DNA of 64,000 bases. Origin: an uncultured virus (IMG/VR IMGVR_UViG_2558309035_000001) (taxonomy: Duplodnaviria; Heunggongvirae; Uroviricota; Caudoviricetes). A program made the translations under genes and the position numbers. Below the pieces are notes generated by a model. It searched no databases. It had not been told where the DNA came from and saw only the letters and a program-made list of their open reading frames with translations. Where the stretch lies: IMG/VR virus record IMGVR_UViG_2558309035_000001; one strand, written 5' to 3'. Within the stretch, counting starts at the first letter, position 1, and each line of letters begins with the position of its first letter. Shown here in pieces: positions 30,154 through 39,700 of this stretch.

Positions 30154-30669
30154 TTAAGGTTCTATAAAATCTTCATAGTCCTCAAAATATTCGGAAAGGT
30201 TTTCTTGAGATATAACAGTGACTCCAAATTCAACCGCTAAATCCATTTTTTTAGGACCTGGTGAATTCCCTATAATCAATATTTTAGTATTCTTACTTAC
30301 ACCACTATCCACGTCGGCACCAACTTCCCATAATTTTTTAACCAAAATATTGCGGTCATAAAAATCATCAAACACACCTGTTACCACCACTTTCTTACCA
30401 TAAAAAAAATGAGTCTTATCATCTAAATCTTTTCTAGGCTGCAGATAATTGCTTTTTATCTTTCTGCTTTTAAACTCAGCAATATCCTCGTAAGCTTCTA
30501 TTTTAGCACTTTCGGCATATTCTTCATTTTTAAAAATAGGTTTAGAAGAAACAGACTTAAGATTATTTTCAGTTTCAATTATATCTAAAGATTTGGGCTT
30601 TTTATATAAAAGGGTTGCCACAAAAAAACCTAATAATCCACCTACGAAAAATGCTATGATAGTATCCAT
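30154..30669 (-). CDS. Membrane-anchored BRCT-domain protein (moron)
   Basis: N-terminal TM helix; FYGKKVVVTG...GADVDSGVSKNTKILIIG.SPGPKK BRCT signature. Confidence 0.8.
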   Translation of the reverse strand: MDTIIAFFVGGLLGFFVATLLYKKPKSLDIIETENNLKSVSSKPIFKNEEYAESAKIEAYEDIAEFKSRKIKSNYLQPRKDLDDKTHFFYGKKVVVTGVFDDFYDRNILVKKLWEVGADVDSGVSKNTKILIIGNSPGPKKMDLAVEFGVTVISQENLSEYFEDYEDFIEP

Positions 30670-30673
30670 TTTT

Positions 30674-31072
30674 TTATTTTAATGAAATCTCTCCATTCTT
30701 AAAAGCTGCATTTATATTTATACAGAAATACTTGGTAAAAAGGTAATGTACTCCGTCCTGTTCCTTAAAAAACTTCACTTTCTGCTTCTTAAATGCAGCT
30801 CTACTATCTGCATTTTGAATAGGCTCATTAAAATTATTTACAAACTGAACGTACCTAAAAGAACCGTCTTGGTTTACCCCTTCATTAATTTGTATCTCGT
30901 CACCTATATCGATAACATGACCATCAAGAGTCTCTATAGGTTCTTTTATTTTCTTCTTCCAACTAACACTAGCCCCTTGAGCAGATGACAAATTAATCAT
31001 CAGCCCCATAAAAAATAATAATGCATAAAAAACATATCCTTTTGGATTGTTCGAATTCTGATCGTATTTCAT
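30674..31072 (-). CDS. Secreted hypothetical protein (moron)
   Basis: Signal-peptide-like N-terminus ending SSA-Q. Confidence 0.65.
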   Translation of the reverse strand: MKYDQNSNNPKGYVFYALLFFMGLMINLSSAQGASVSWKKKIKEPIETLDGHVIDIGDEIQINEGVNQDGSFRYVQFVNNFNEPIQNADSRAAFKKQKVKFFKEQDGVHYLFTKYFCININAAFKNGEISLK

Positions 31073-31075
31073 ATT

Positions 31076-31447
31076 CTAATTTTGTAAATGGTTTAATTGT
31101 CTTACCAATAACTTTTCGTTATAACCGTCTGTTATAGAAAGTAATTTCTTGAACTGCTTTACCAATAGAATAATCTCGGTTCTATTCTGGTGGTCATCAG
31201 CATCTGAAGACTCCAAGAACGTAAATAGAAGCGTATCTAAAGTTTGTAATTGGTTAGACGCCCTATCATTGCTCAACAATTCGTTCAGCCAAACTTTGAC
31301 CTCTCTCATATAGTTTGAACTATGCTTGTATTCTGCCTCTACATTTTCAATGAGCCTCTTATAATCTTCATTTTGAAGTTTACCTTCTACATGAAGCTCT
31401 TCTGCAACTTGTAGTACTAATGCTAACTGTTTTAAATTACTTGCCAT
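31076..31447 (-). CDS. Helical hypothetical protein coupled to the upstream membrane gene
   Basis: 123 aa; overlaps the upstream gene by 11 nt. Confidence 0.65.
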   Translation of the reverse strand: MASNLKQLALVLQVAEELHVEGKLQNEDYKRLIENVEAEYKHSSNYMREVKVWLNELLSNDRASNQLQTLDTLLFTFLESSDADDHQNRTEIILLVKQFKKLLSITDGYNEKLLVRQLNHLQN

Positions 31448-31925
31448 TCTCCAACACTATCTTTTTTGCCTGCTCAATTTTTTGGGCAACATGGCGTCTT
31501 AACAACCACCACATACCCAATAAAGCCAACATGGTTAATACTGTAGTACCAACGACATATACCTGCAAATAACTGTCATCTACTATCTTGAAATCAAAAA
31601 ATATAAAATATAACTGCAACACATAACAGTACACCGGTACCGCATGTATTAACAAATGTGTTTTAAACAAACGGGTACTCAACGCCCAGATTGCAGGGCT
31701 AATGGTCTGTGAACAGAACCAAACAAAGGTGGGAAAGTCCATACCTGCAGCTGCCCACTTTTCGGGCACGATAAACTGCATCCCTAGAAAAGAGAAAACC
31801 TTATCAGAATACAAAATGAATCCTGATAAGGCTACCAATAAATTTCCTAACAAAGAACTGCGAGAGGTATTAGTTACCCCCGCTAGAACCTGGTCTTTTA
31901 ATTTTTGAACCGTCAACGCTTTCAA
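31437..31925 (-). CDS. Multi-pass (~4 TM) membrane protein
   Basis: Four hydrophobic segments; TTG start lies inside the upstream lipopeptide ORF. Confidence 0.7.
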   Translation of the reverse strand: MKALTVQKLKDQVLAGVTNTSRSSLLGNLLVALSGFILYSDKVFSFLGMQFIVPEKWAAAGMDFPTFVWFCSQTISPAIWALSTRLFKTHLLIHAVPVYCYVLQLYFIFFDFKIVDDSYLQVYVVGTTVLTMLALLGMWWLLRRHVAQKIEQAKKIVLENGK

Positions 31926-32016
31926 TTTGATTTAATGTATCTTCTTCTTCAATACTATCATTGGTACAAGCACTAACAGCAACAATGAACAACAACGCAA
32001 ATACTACTTTTTTCAT
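31870..32016 (-). CDS. 48-aa lipoprotein/peptide precursor not in the ORF track (MKKVVFALLFIVAVSA-CTNDSIEEEDTLNQIESVDGSKIKRPGSSGGN)
   Basis: SPII signal with lipobox VSAC and acidic residues after the Cys; TACCTTTG promoter at 32109-32116. Confidence 0.7.
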   Translation of the reverse strand: MKKVVFALLFIVAVSACTNDSIEEEDTLNQIESVDGSKIKRPGSSGGN

Positions 32017-32216
32017 TTTAAACTTATTTTAGGGTTATTCCCTAAAGTTCAGAAATGAAATTGCGTAAATAAACGGGGGAGAATTTATTTATTAAAAAGT
32101 TGTTCAAGCAAAGGTAAAAATCTTACAACACCAAACAACTAGGAAAACCTCTGGTTTTAAGAGGACATTCTATTATTACGGTTTGAGGTAAAAATAATCG
32201 ATGAAATGCAACATTA

Positions 32217-32492
32217 TCATTTATCCTTAAAACCCGTAAAATGTTTTGATTGGGTAATTTCAATTAAAGCTGCCGAGAAAAACTGAGGTGCTCCAGACTT
32301 TTTATAAATAGAAAGCTCATCTTTAATTAACTTCAAAGCTTCAAACTCATTTATATTATTATTCACCATTACCTTGTCTATAATATCAACAAATGGTTTT
32401 ATTTTAGAATTGTAGTCAGAACCCAGCTTTTTCTTTACTGATTTCTGAACATTTTTTAAAACTACTAAGTTTTGAAAAGTTGATTTTTCCAT
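32217..32492 (-). CDS. Hypothetical protein
   Basis: 91-aa AT-rich ORF. Confidence 0.6.
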   Translation of the reverse strand: MEKSTFQNLVVLKNVQKSVKKKLGSDYNSKIKPFVDIIDKVMVNNNINEFEALKLIKDELSIYKKSGAPQFFSAALIEITQSKHFTGFKDK

Positions 32493-32502
32493 TGTATCTT
32501 GA

Positions 32503-32880
32503 TTATTCTAAACCTCCCATAATTTCCCTGGTACTTTCCGTAAAGCCAAATGACAACCTACGAACAATGTTATTGGCATAACCATAGAGTAGGCGGTTAT
32601 GTATAGCGTAGTTCTTTTTCTTTACCACACCAGTCGTGGTACGCCTACGTTTCATATCTATAAAACGGTGTTTCATTAAATGATCAAAAGAAAGCACGGT
32701 ATCGGTAGCATCTATTTTACGATCGGCAAAAAGCTCACGACTTTGAAAGCCACTACGGTTCATTTTCTTGGTCTGCGTTGCCATCATATCATTACCTTCT
32801 TCACGCAATACAGTACGTATGAACCGGCGTTCTAAAATCAAATTCTCTTGCGATGCCTTACGGCGTTCTAGTCTTGTCAT
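32503..32880 (-). CDS. Putative tail completion/neck protein
   Basis: Basic 125-aa protein (RFIDMK) positioned between head-tail and tape-measure genes. Confidence 0.5.
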   Translation of the reverse strand: MTRLERRKASQENLILERRFIRTVLREEGNDMMATQTKKMNRSGFQSRELFADRKIDATDTVLSFDHLMKHRFIDMKRRRTTTGVVKKKNYAIHNRLLYGYANNIVRRLSFGFTESTREIMGGLE

Positions 32881-33097
32881 TTATAACCGGGTGTATATCT
32901 GTTGTTGTAATTACGACATTCTGAAATTTTAAGTAACCAAGCTTACCAAGTACTTCTAGCATTACACCTAAAGATGTCTTTTTCCTTTTTGGATGGCGCC
33001 AATTATACAATTGATCTTTGCTTGCACCTAAAGGTTTAATTAAATCGTTATCGGTAACAACCTTCATAAAAAGCTGTTTAATCTGCTCGTCTTTCAT
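32858..33097 (-). CDS. Small HTH-like protein
   Basis: LGASKDQLYNWR...SLGVMLEVLGKLG. Confidence 0.45.
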   Translation of the reverse strand: MKDEQIKQLFMKVVTDNDLIKPLGASKDQLYNWRHPKRKKTSLGVMLEVLGKLGYLKFQNVVITTTDIHPVINDKTRTP

Positions 33098-33123
33098 AGT
33101 CGTCTAAGGTACGACTATTTTTT

Positions 33124-33585
33124 TTATAATTCAGTTCGTAAATTAAACGATACCATATAGCCATTGCAACCTGCTTTTGCCCAGACAGGGGTAATTTTTT
33201 CACTACCTTCTTTTAAATATGCAAATGTAGGACAGGTATTCGAATTCATTTTTTCGGTGTACACATACGTAAGAAACTTACGTGCAGCCATTAAAGTTTC
33301 TTGCATAACGGCATTAAAGTCGCTTTGATTCAAATCTGCATACTCCACTTTTTTAAGGATAAGAAAATCTAACCCATTATCATACATTGGTGCGTCGTCA
33401 TCTCTATAATCACCACCATAATCTGGCAACACACCGTATAACAATAAATTATCGGCTACATGTACATCATTTATTCTATTGGCTAATTGAGAATCATCGA
33501 TAATCATTTCTATATGATTAATTTCATCAATCGCATCTTTGCAGGCAGCCAAAAACAACATTAACTCATTCGGTGTAATTATCAT
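33124..33585 (-). CDS. Putative tail terminator-like protein
   Basis: Acidic 153-aa protein ending CNGYMVSFNL; positional call. Confidence 0.5.
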   Translation of the reverse strand: MIITPNELMLFLAACKDAIDEINHIEMIIDDSQLANRINDVHVADNLLLYGVLPDYGGDYRDDDAPMYDNGLDFLILKKVEYADLNQSDFNAVMQETLMAARKFLTYVYTEKMNSNTCPTFAYLKEGSEKITPVWAKAGCNGYMVSFNLRTEL

Positions 33586-34490
33586 GATTTCGTTTTTAAA
33601 GCGTCTTGCTGGACTTTGAAGTCCTTATCTCGCTTGGTTAGATCGTACATGCGCATTAAAATTTCCCAAAGGTTTTCTTTCTCCAGCTCCTTTTTTGAGC
33701 CAAACACTCCGCTTTCTGCCAGCGTAAACAAAATACTCTTCATCCCTATACCAGGCACATCAGATTGCTTGCTTTCGGGGTCCGCCTCAAACAATATACT
33801 AAGATCAAGCTCTCTACCTTGCCAGTATATCTTTGCCGATGCTATATATTTTTGAAAGGATGCAAACAATAGGTAAAAACCATATACCTGTCCGAAATAC
33901 AGCTTTTTAAAATGTTTGGCGCGATCTTCTACACCGTGTTGATTATACGCTTTACGAGCATCACCATTAATTTCTTCATTAGAAACGCCTATTTTGAATA
34001 TCGATTTTGGTCTACGATATAACGTAGCCATTAATTGATACAGGCATTCATTATCATTTGTGGCATTGAATTCAGAGAATAGGTGAAGTGCATCTATGTA
34101 TTCGCCAAACTGAATATTTTCGAATCCGTCTGCAGGTCCGTAATAATTACTGCCCAAGAGCTTTATCTTGGCGATAGGATTATGTACATAGTATTGTTTT
34201 AGAATACGAATATCACCTTCTCCATCTTCAAAAAAATCATCTACAAGCTCTGATAGCTTATAGATGTTTGCCATTTTATCTTCTTGAGCACCGGTATCAT
34301 CATCTTCAACAGGCTTCATATTTAAAAGAGCATACACGGCATGTACCCGAAATACCTCATAAGACATTTGCTGTGTCTGCAATTGGTATATCAGCATAGA
34401 CAGCTCATAATACTGCCTGGTATCGCACTCCGATAAATCTTCGGGCATATAAAGCTTGGTGCCGGTATGTGGAATTTCTATAGAAATCAT
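33582..34490 (-). CDS. Phage morphogenesis protein (tail assembly chaperone-like)
   Basis: 302 aa in the structural operon; FGEYIDA, LMATLYR, LAESGVFG. Confidence 0.5.
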   Translation of the reverse strand: MISIEIPHTGTKLYMPEDLSECDTRQYYELSMLIYQLQTQQMSYEVFRVHAVYALLNMKPVEDDDTGAQEDKMANIYKLSELVDDFFEDGEGDIRILKQYYVHNPIAKIKLLGSNYYGPADGFENIQFGEYIDALHLFSEFNATNDNECLYQLMATLYRRPKSIFKIGVSNEEINGDARKAYNQHGVEDRAKHFKKLYFGQVYGFYLLFASFQKYIASAKIYWQGRELDLSILFEADPESKQSDVPGIGMKSILFTLAESGVFGSKKELEKENLWEILMRMYDLTKRDKDFKVQQDALKTKS

Positions 34491-34795
34491 TGCGCGAATT
34501 GTAGGCTATAATTTACATTGACCTTTAAAGGCTCCATTCTACTACGAAACCTGTTATATACACCTTCTACAATTTGCCGACGTATGTTCATTGGTATGTG
34601 CTTACTACGTGGGTTAACCTTGAATTCTGACTGTATATATTCGAGAATTTCTTTTTTTAGTTCAGTACGCTCTTTGATGTCTTTAATTTGAGCTTTAAAT
34701 AATTTATTGGTCAATCGGTCATTGGTTCGCATTTGAAAATAATCTTTCCATTGCTGCAGCCAGTTTTTAAAAAAACGAGTGATTTTTTTTAACAT
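34487..34795 (-). CDS. Hypothetical protein
   Basis: 102-aa ORF in the structural operon. Confidence 0.6.
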   Translation of the reverse strand: MLKKITRFFKNWLQQWKDYFQMRTNDRLTNKLFKAQIKDIKERTELKKEILEYIQSEFKVNPRSKHIPMNIRRQIVEGVYNRFRSRMEPLKVNVNYSLQFAQ

Positions 34796-34804
34796 TATTT
34801 TAGT

Positions 34805-35761
34805 TTAAGTAGTTACGAAATTGTCATCTTCATTGAATCCGTATTTCTCGGTATCGGTTTCTGCTTCGGACGGTTCCTCTTCCTCTAGAACAGGTTCAGC
34901 TACCATTTCCTCTATTTTTATGAGGATATCATTGGCATCGTTCATGAATTCTTGAGCTGCCCAGGCATATTCGTTCTGTAATGGTGGTTTTTTGCCTTGA
35001 GTAGTGGTTCTATCGCTAACAAAACGTTGCAACACCCCTTCAGGAAACAAGGTTACCGTTAACCGACCTCTCATTGCCCACGATAATGCCCAATACACGC
35101 ACGCTTCTTTAATAAGCATATACAAATCTTCATTGTCTTGGGGAGCAGCTTTTACCGTCGCCATCATTTCTGTACCGATACGAGGCAGAATAGCACGGCG
35201 CTCTGCCTGTCTTAAACCTGGTGTTAGTTTTAGAAGAAGATATCTAGAGCTACTGATATCGAACCACTCTTGAACATCTGAAGTTTTTGAAACAAATAAT
35301 GCGTTCAGTTTTTTATAAGCATCTGAAGTTTTCCAAGAAGCAAGCGTTTCCAATTCATTCAATAATTGATCAACGGACAGATAAAACATACGTTCCATAT
35401 TGCTGTTGTCGCGATCAATCATCCATTCAAAGGCTTGTTTTTCATGTTCGTCCATTCGCATACGCCTGCCGTTTTGCGTATGCCCCACATCTTTGGATGG
35501 CACATATCTGCGATATGCCTCAATAGCAATTGCATCTTGTAACATGGTGATGTAACCAGTATTCACAGCAGAAGGAATGCCTGCAGCATACATAGCATAA
35601 ATAGCCTCATAAGTCGGTTGCCCTATAATTTCAATTAAAGTCAAACAGGCATTACGAATGAATCGGTCTAAATTAGCGTAGCCAATACTTTTATCTATAA
35701 AGCCAAGATGTTGTTTCATCTCTTGATCACCGGCACCATCTTTATTAAAAATAATATTCAT
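34805..35761 (-). CDS. Head-tail adaptor (DUF6712-like)
   Basis: Two internally similar helical halves (IIGQPTY/RIGTEM) directly after the portal. Confidence 0.6.
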   Translation of the reverse strand: MNIIFNKDGAGDQEMKQHLGFIDKSIGYANLDRFIRNACLTLIEIIGQPTYEAIYAMYAAGIPSAVNTGYITMLQDAIAIEAYRRYVPSKDVGHTQNGRRMRMDEHEKQAFEWMIDRDNSNMERMFYLSVDQLLNELETLASWKTSDAYKKLNALFVSKTSDVQEWFDISSSRYLLLKLTPGLRQAERRAILPRIGTEMMATVKAAPQDNEDLYMLIKEACVYWALSWAMRGRLTVTLFPEGVLQRFVSDRTTTQGKKPPLQNEYAWAAQEFMNDANDILIKIEEMVAEPVLEEEEPSEAETDTEKYGFNEDDNFVTT

Positions 35762-35762
35762 G

Positions 35763-37124
35763 CTATTGATTTTTGATTCTTTTGCTTGGCGTTATATCTT
35801 CTTCTCTTTCGGGTTCGGTGTGATAAAAGCCCATTTTTGTTTTTTTGTTCGGCCAATTTGCTGCTATAGCGAAATTGATACCCTTACATACGATCATTTC
35901 AGCAATGTCAACTCCCGTTTCCAGATATTCCTTCATCGCATACAACTTTTCACTACCACCGCTTGAACGACCACTTTCTGAAACATTACCTAATACGGTA
36001 CCTATTCCGATACCTGAACTCACTGCATGGTCTGCACGTTCAGAGATTTTTATTTGAGATTCGATAAACTCTTTGGTATTGCTCGGTATTTCCTTAATCT
36101 CCCAACCATGTTCTTTCATGTTGGTACCTTCAATTTCTATCTCCTTGGTAGAATGCCAGAACTTACCGGTATTAGATTCACCGGACAATACCTTACTTAT
36201 AGTTTTTAGGAAATCGTTTTTATAATTATTGAAATCTTTCTGTTTGAATTTCTTACCACGAGCCGTAGCATCATCTTCAAGCATTTTCTTTTTATCATCC
36301 CAGAATTTTTGAGGCGATATAACATGATATTTTGCCGAGATTCCTTTTTGAGACAATGCCCTAAGGATTGCCGGTATTGCGGTAGACCTACGTAGCCATT
36401 CAAACGAACCATATATATCAGGTACTGTATAGTAATCTGAACAGAAACTATACATATTGCTATATAGAATACTATTCTTGTGCGCAAACGGATTCTTATA
36501 GTCAAAAATAGGATAGACCTTTGGATTAAGAATAGCATTAATCATTTCAAAGTTCCAATCAGTAACTACAACATGAGTAGCTTTATTACTTGTATCAGTT
36601 AGTTCAGCTGCCAATCTACTTTTATCGGGCATGCTATGCTCCAACTTAGCAATAGATGGTTTACCTATACGTCCGCCCCTGCTCAAATAGAACTTAGTAA
36701 ATACACCCTCTATATGGTTATAATCTACACATGCCTTGGTCAGGTACTCTTCACCATCCCACGACTGGAACCATTTCCATATCTCATCATCTTCAACCCA
36801 TTCTTTAACAAGCTTACCCTCTACTACTTTCTCAATATAGAGCTTAGGTCCTTTACCCCATAACCATTGTGTCTTTTTCTTAACTAAACCAGGAGCAATG
36901 TAGTTCTCTTGAACTATATCTCTTATTTGTTTAGGTAATTGATTGTCATTACCATAAGGAAATACACGCCAACCACCTAGATGGTATCTGTTATCTGTCC
37001 AATCCAATGTCTGTTGATCGACACGATAAGAGTCAAAGCTTCGCGGATTGTCCGATACTTCGAACGTAAAAGCGTTCTGACCATCATCTACTACCGCATT
37101 ATTACCTATGTATTCAATATTCAT
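35763..37124 (-). CDS. Portal protein
   Basis: 453 aa; PYGNDNQLP, LWGKGP, YYTVPD, SGGSEK motifs; position in the head module. Confidence 0.8.
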   Translation of the reverse strand: MNIEYIGNNAVVDDGQNAFTFEVSDNPRSFDSYRVDQQTLDWTDNRYHLGGWRVFPYGNDNQLPKQIRDIVQENYIAPGLVKKKTQWLWGKGPKLYIEKVVEGKLVKEWVEDDEIWKWFQSWDGEEYLTKACVDYNHIEGVFTKFYLSRGGRIGKPSIAKLEHSMPDKSRLAAELTDTSNKATHVVVTDWNFEMINAILNPKVYPIFDYKNPFAHKNSILYSNMYSFCSDYYTVPDIYGSFEWLRRSTAIPAILRALSQKGISAKYHVISPQKFWDDKKKMLEDDATARGKKFKQKDFNNYKNDFLKTISKVLSGESNTGKFWHSTKEIEIEGTNMKEHGWEIKEIPSNTKEFIESQIKISERADHAVSSGIGIGTVLGNVSESGRSSGGSEKLYAMKEYLETGVDIAEMIVCKGINFAIAANWPNKKTKMGFYHTEPEREEDITPSKRIKNQ

Positions 37125-37399
37125 GGTGTTACTTTCATCCCGTTAAACTTCATTAATAAAGGCAGATAGAACCATCTAGGTAAGGTTTCAGGCTCTACTG
37201 TATATCCAATAAGTATTTCACTTTTATCCGATTGCTCTCTTGAGTACCCAGTACGTAATAATGCTTTAGCAACTTTCTTTGTTCCCTCGCTATAACCTTT
37301 AGAACTATTAAATGTTATGTATTCAAATGAGAATGGTGCACCAATCTTGGTGAGCTCTCGCATCTGTTTTAATGCATCATAGATATTAACTGTGTTCAT
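37121..37399 (-). CDS. Phage protein upstream of the portal (probable start MNTVNIYDAL)
   Basis: A late-promoter motif lies within the track ORF's 5' extension, favouring the ATG at 37399. Confidence 0.6.
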   Translation of the reverse strand: MNTVNIYDALKQMRELTKIGAPFSFEYITFNSSKGYSEGTKKVAKALLRTGYSREQSDKSEILIGYTVEPETLPRWFYLPLLMKFNGMKVTP

Positions 37400-37416
37400 G
37401 CAATTGCTATATGACA

Positions 37417-37457
37417 CAATTATACTAATAGGATTCATTGTTGTTTGTAACATGAAG
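37417..37457 (-). promoter_or_regulatory. Late promoter motif CTTCATGTTACA-N21-TATAATTG
   Basis: Same motif and spacing as at 29727, 45040, 49115 and 58143. Confidence 0.65.
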
Positions 37458-37804
37458 AGCGACAACAACAATAAGTACTGGTGGTGGTGTGATTCAATGC
37501 TTAGTCATATTTCGCAGATTCAGCCGCACAGGCAATTGCATTTACGTTTTTCAGCGGGTCGGTGTCTTGATTCACTCAAATCAACTCACCACCTAAATAT
37601 TTTAGGTTAGTTCATTGATTTTCAGAATGTTTAATTTTTAAAATATTTTTTAACCTCTGATTTTCTAACAAAATATATAGGCAATCATACATTATTTAGA
37701 AGTGATCTAAACTAGATTATTCCCTGCTTTTTTACATATAAATACTCGCCTATTAGACGATATTTTATTATCTTTAAGTATTGATAATCAAATAATTATA
37801 AGTT

Positions 37805-38200
37805 ATGAGTAACACAAAAACGAGTGCAAAAACAGCAACCGAAAAAGCAACCCCACAAAAAGTTGCAACAGAGTCAACCGCCAAGGATTCAGAAAAAATG
37901 AGCCGTTCAACTGTTGAAGAAATTCTAAACCCTAGCGCAAGCGCAAGGATTAAAAAAATGGAAAACTTTCAGCTATTGGCAAACCGTTATCAGTTTTTAG
38001 CGGACAAAAAAGATCAGCTAGATAAATTTATTATTTCAAGTGATGGCACAAAAGAAAATATAACTCTTAAAAATGCCGAGGGTTATGAGTTTACCGTGTC
38101 CAATTCTCAAGTAGTGGAAGAAGTAGTAAAAGTGATGCAAGAAAAATTAAGCCTTTTTATTGCACATTCAGAAAACGAAATTTTAAAATATAATATCTAA
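37805..38200 (+). CDS. Hypothetical protein, first gene of the reverse-strand cassette
   Basis: 131 aa, followed by a terminator hairpin. Confidence 0.7.
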   Translation: MSNTKTSAKTATEKATPQKVATESTAKDSEKMSRSTVEEILNPSASARIKKMENFQLLANRYQFLADKKDQLDKFIISSDGTKENITLKNAEGYEFTVSNSQVVEEVVKVMQEKLSLFIAHSENEILKYNI

Positions 38201-38208
38201 CAAATAAT

Positions 38209-38244
38209 AAAGCCCGTTTAACTGGCAGGTTTTACGGGCTTTTT
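38209..38244 (+). terminator. Rho-independent terminator-like hairpin
   Basis: AAAGCCCGT...ACGGGCTTTTT. Confidence 0.55.
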
Positions 38245-38263
38245 ATCAATAATCTAATCTGTT

Positions 38264-38485
38264 ATGACGAACGAAATTAGAAAGGATAAAAATAACCCTT
38301 TCCTACTCTCCGAACAAGTTAAATCGATTCTACATAAAAAAGGATTGAGCAAAATTTTCAATTACACCGATTACGAAATTTTTAAAGCTCGATGCAAAAA
38401 AACATTTAACAAAGCACAAGCCATTGCGGACCAATTCCAAAACGAAACAGAACAACAAAGCGATTTTAACGAATATATTTTTTAA
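38264..38485 (+). CDS. Hypothetical protein
   Basis: 73-aa ORF in the reverse-strand cassette. Confidence 0.6.
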   Translation: MTNEIRKDKNNPFLLSEQVKSILHKKGLSKIFNYTDYEIFKARCKKTFNKAQAIADQFQNETEQQSDFNEYIF

Positions 38486-38487
38486 TC

Positions 38488-38877
38488 ATGGAGACAGCAC
38501 AAAAAACAACAATACAGCAAAAAAGAGAAATATTAAAAGACTTTTCAAGTAGAGCAAAAGCAATACGAGAAGAACTTATAAATCAATGCAAGCACCCAGA
38601 AGAAGAGGAACTAATTGAAGCAATGACAATTAACCAATTAATTGTAGAGCATATCTACACCGACGAAATTCACCACAAATTTAACACGTTCAAAGGCTGG
38701 ATAAAAAACGGCTTCGTAGTAAAAAAAGGTGAAAAGGCTTTTTTATTATGGGGCAGAAAAAAACAAGAGGTTGAGAAACCCAACGGAGAACAAAAAACCG
38801 AGGAACTCGATTTCTTTCCGATCACTTTCGTTTTTTCTAATAACCAAGTAGAGCCGTTAAAAAATGCCAAAGACTAG
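38488..38877 (+). CDS. ArdC N-terminal-like (ssDNA-binding antirestriction) protein
   Basis: FNTFKGWIKNGFVVKKGEKA...VFSNNQV signature. Confidence 0.8.
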   Translation: METAQKTTIQQKREILKDFSSRAKAIREELINQCKHPEEEELIEAMTINQLIVEHIYTDEIHHKFNTFKGWIKNGFVVKKGEKAFLLWGRKKQEVEKPNGEQKTEELDFFPITFVFSNNQVEPLKNAKD

Positions 38878-39508
38878 AGAAGTACCAGGAGAATTAAAAG
38901 AGTTTAATAAATTCTTTAATCAATTGACATACCGCCACGATGTGAGCACCGTTTTTGATGATTTTCTAACCATTTTCATATGTGTATTCGCTAGAGAGAC
39001 ACAAGAACCGCTATATTTTGAAACAATAAAACGATACAATAAAAAGGAGTTAAACCACTTCGCAAAAATGATGGGCGAACTTTTAATACTGTATAACAAT
39101 GCAAAATTAAATAAAGATTGGATCGACCCATTAGGCGACTACTACGAAATTTTAGCCGGACAATATAAAAAAAGTAGGCTAGGTCAATTCTTTACGCCTA
39201 AAAGTTTATGCGATATTATGGCATCTATTACTTTAACTGGCGCAACATGGGGCAACAATATAAACGATCCAACGTGTGGAAGCGGTCGCCTGCTCTTAGC
39301 TTCAAATAAAGCCGTTCAAGGCAATTACTATGTAGCGCAAGACCTTGATTCTATTTGTTGTAAAATGACCGCTATTAATCTATGTATGCATCAAATAAGG
39401 GGCGAAGTTCACCACATGGACACGCTAAGAATGACAGCACCGCACCGCAGCTATGCAATAAACCCAAATTTTCATCAACATAAAACCTTATTGATTTTAA
39501 TTAAATAA
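38864..39508 (+). CDS. N-6 DNA methylase-like protein (HsdM-like SAM-binding half)
   Basis: LGQFFTP, INDPTCGSGRLLL, QDLDSICCKMTAINL; no canonical NPPF/Y. Confidence 0.75.
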   Translation: MPKTREVPGELKEFNKFFNQLTYRHDVSTVFDDFLTIFICVFARETQEPLYFETIKRYNKKELNHFAKMMGELLILYNNAKLNKDWIDPLGDYYEILAGQYKKSRLGQFFTPKSLCDIMASITLTGATWGNNINDPTCGSGRLLLASNKAVQGNYYVAQDLDSICCKMTAINLCMHQIRGEVHHMDTLRMTAPHRSYAINPNFHQHKTLLILIK

Positions 39509-39700
39509 CACCTAGTGCAGAGGATGAATTTTGTTAGCATTGCTTTTGAGACGACCTCATTAAAAAAAACCTGAAAATGCAAGCCGTAACATAGTGGGAA
39601 CGGAAAAACCCGACAACCGACCGAAAACGGTTAAACCCATTTTTCCAATGCTAGTAAGGGCGAGAAATTTTTTCGCCCTTACGGGCGGGCTTGGTCTTCT

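Noticed and set aside
37730..37775. Further CI operator copies at the promoter of the antirestriction cassette
   Set aside because: Only partial half-site matches (CGCCTA, TAGACG) in very AT-rich DNA; too weak to call
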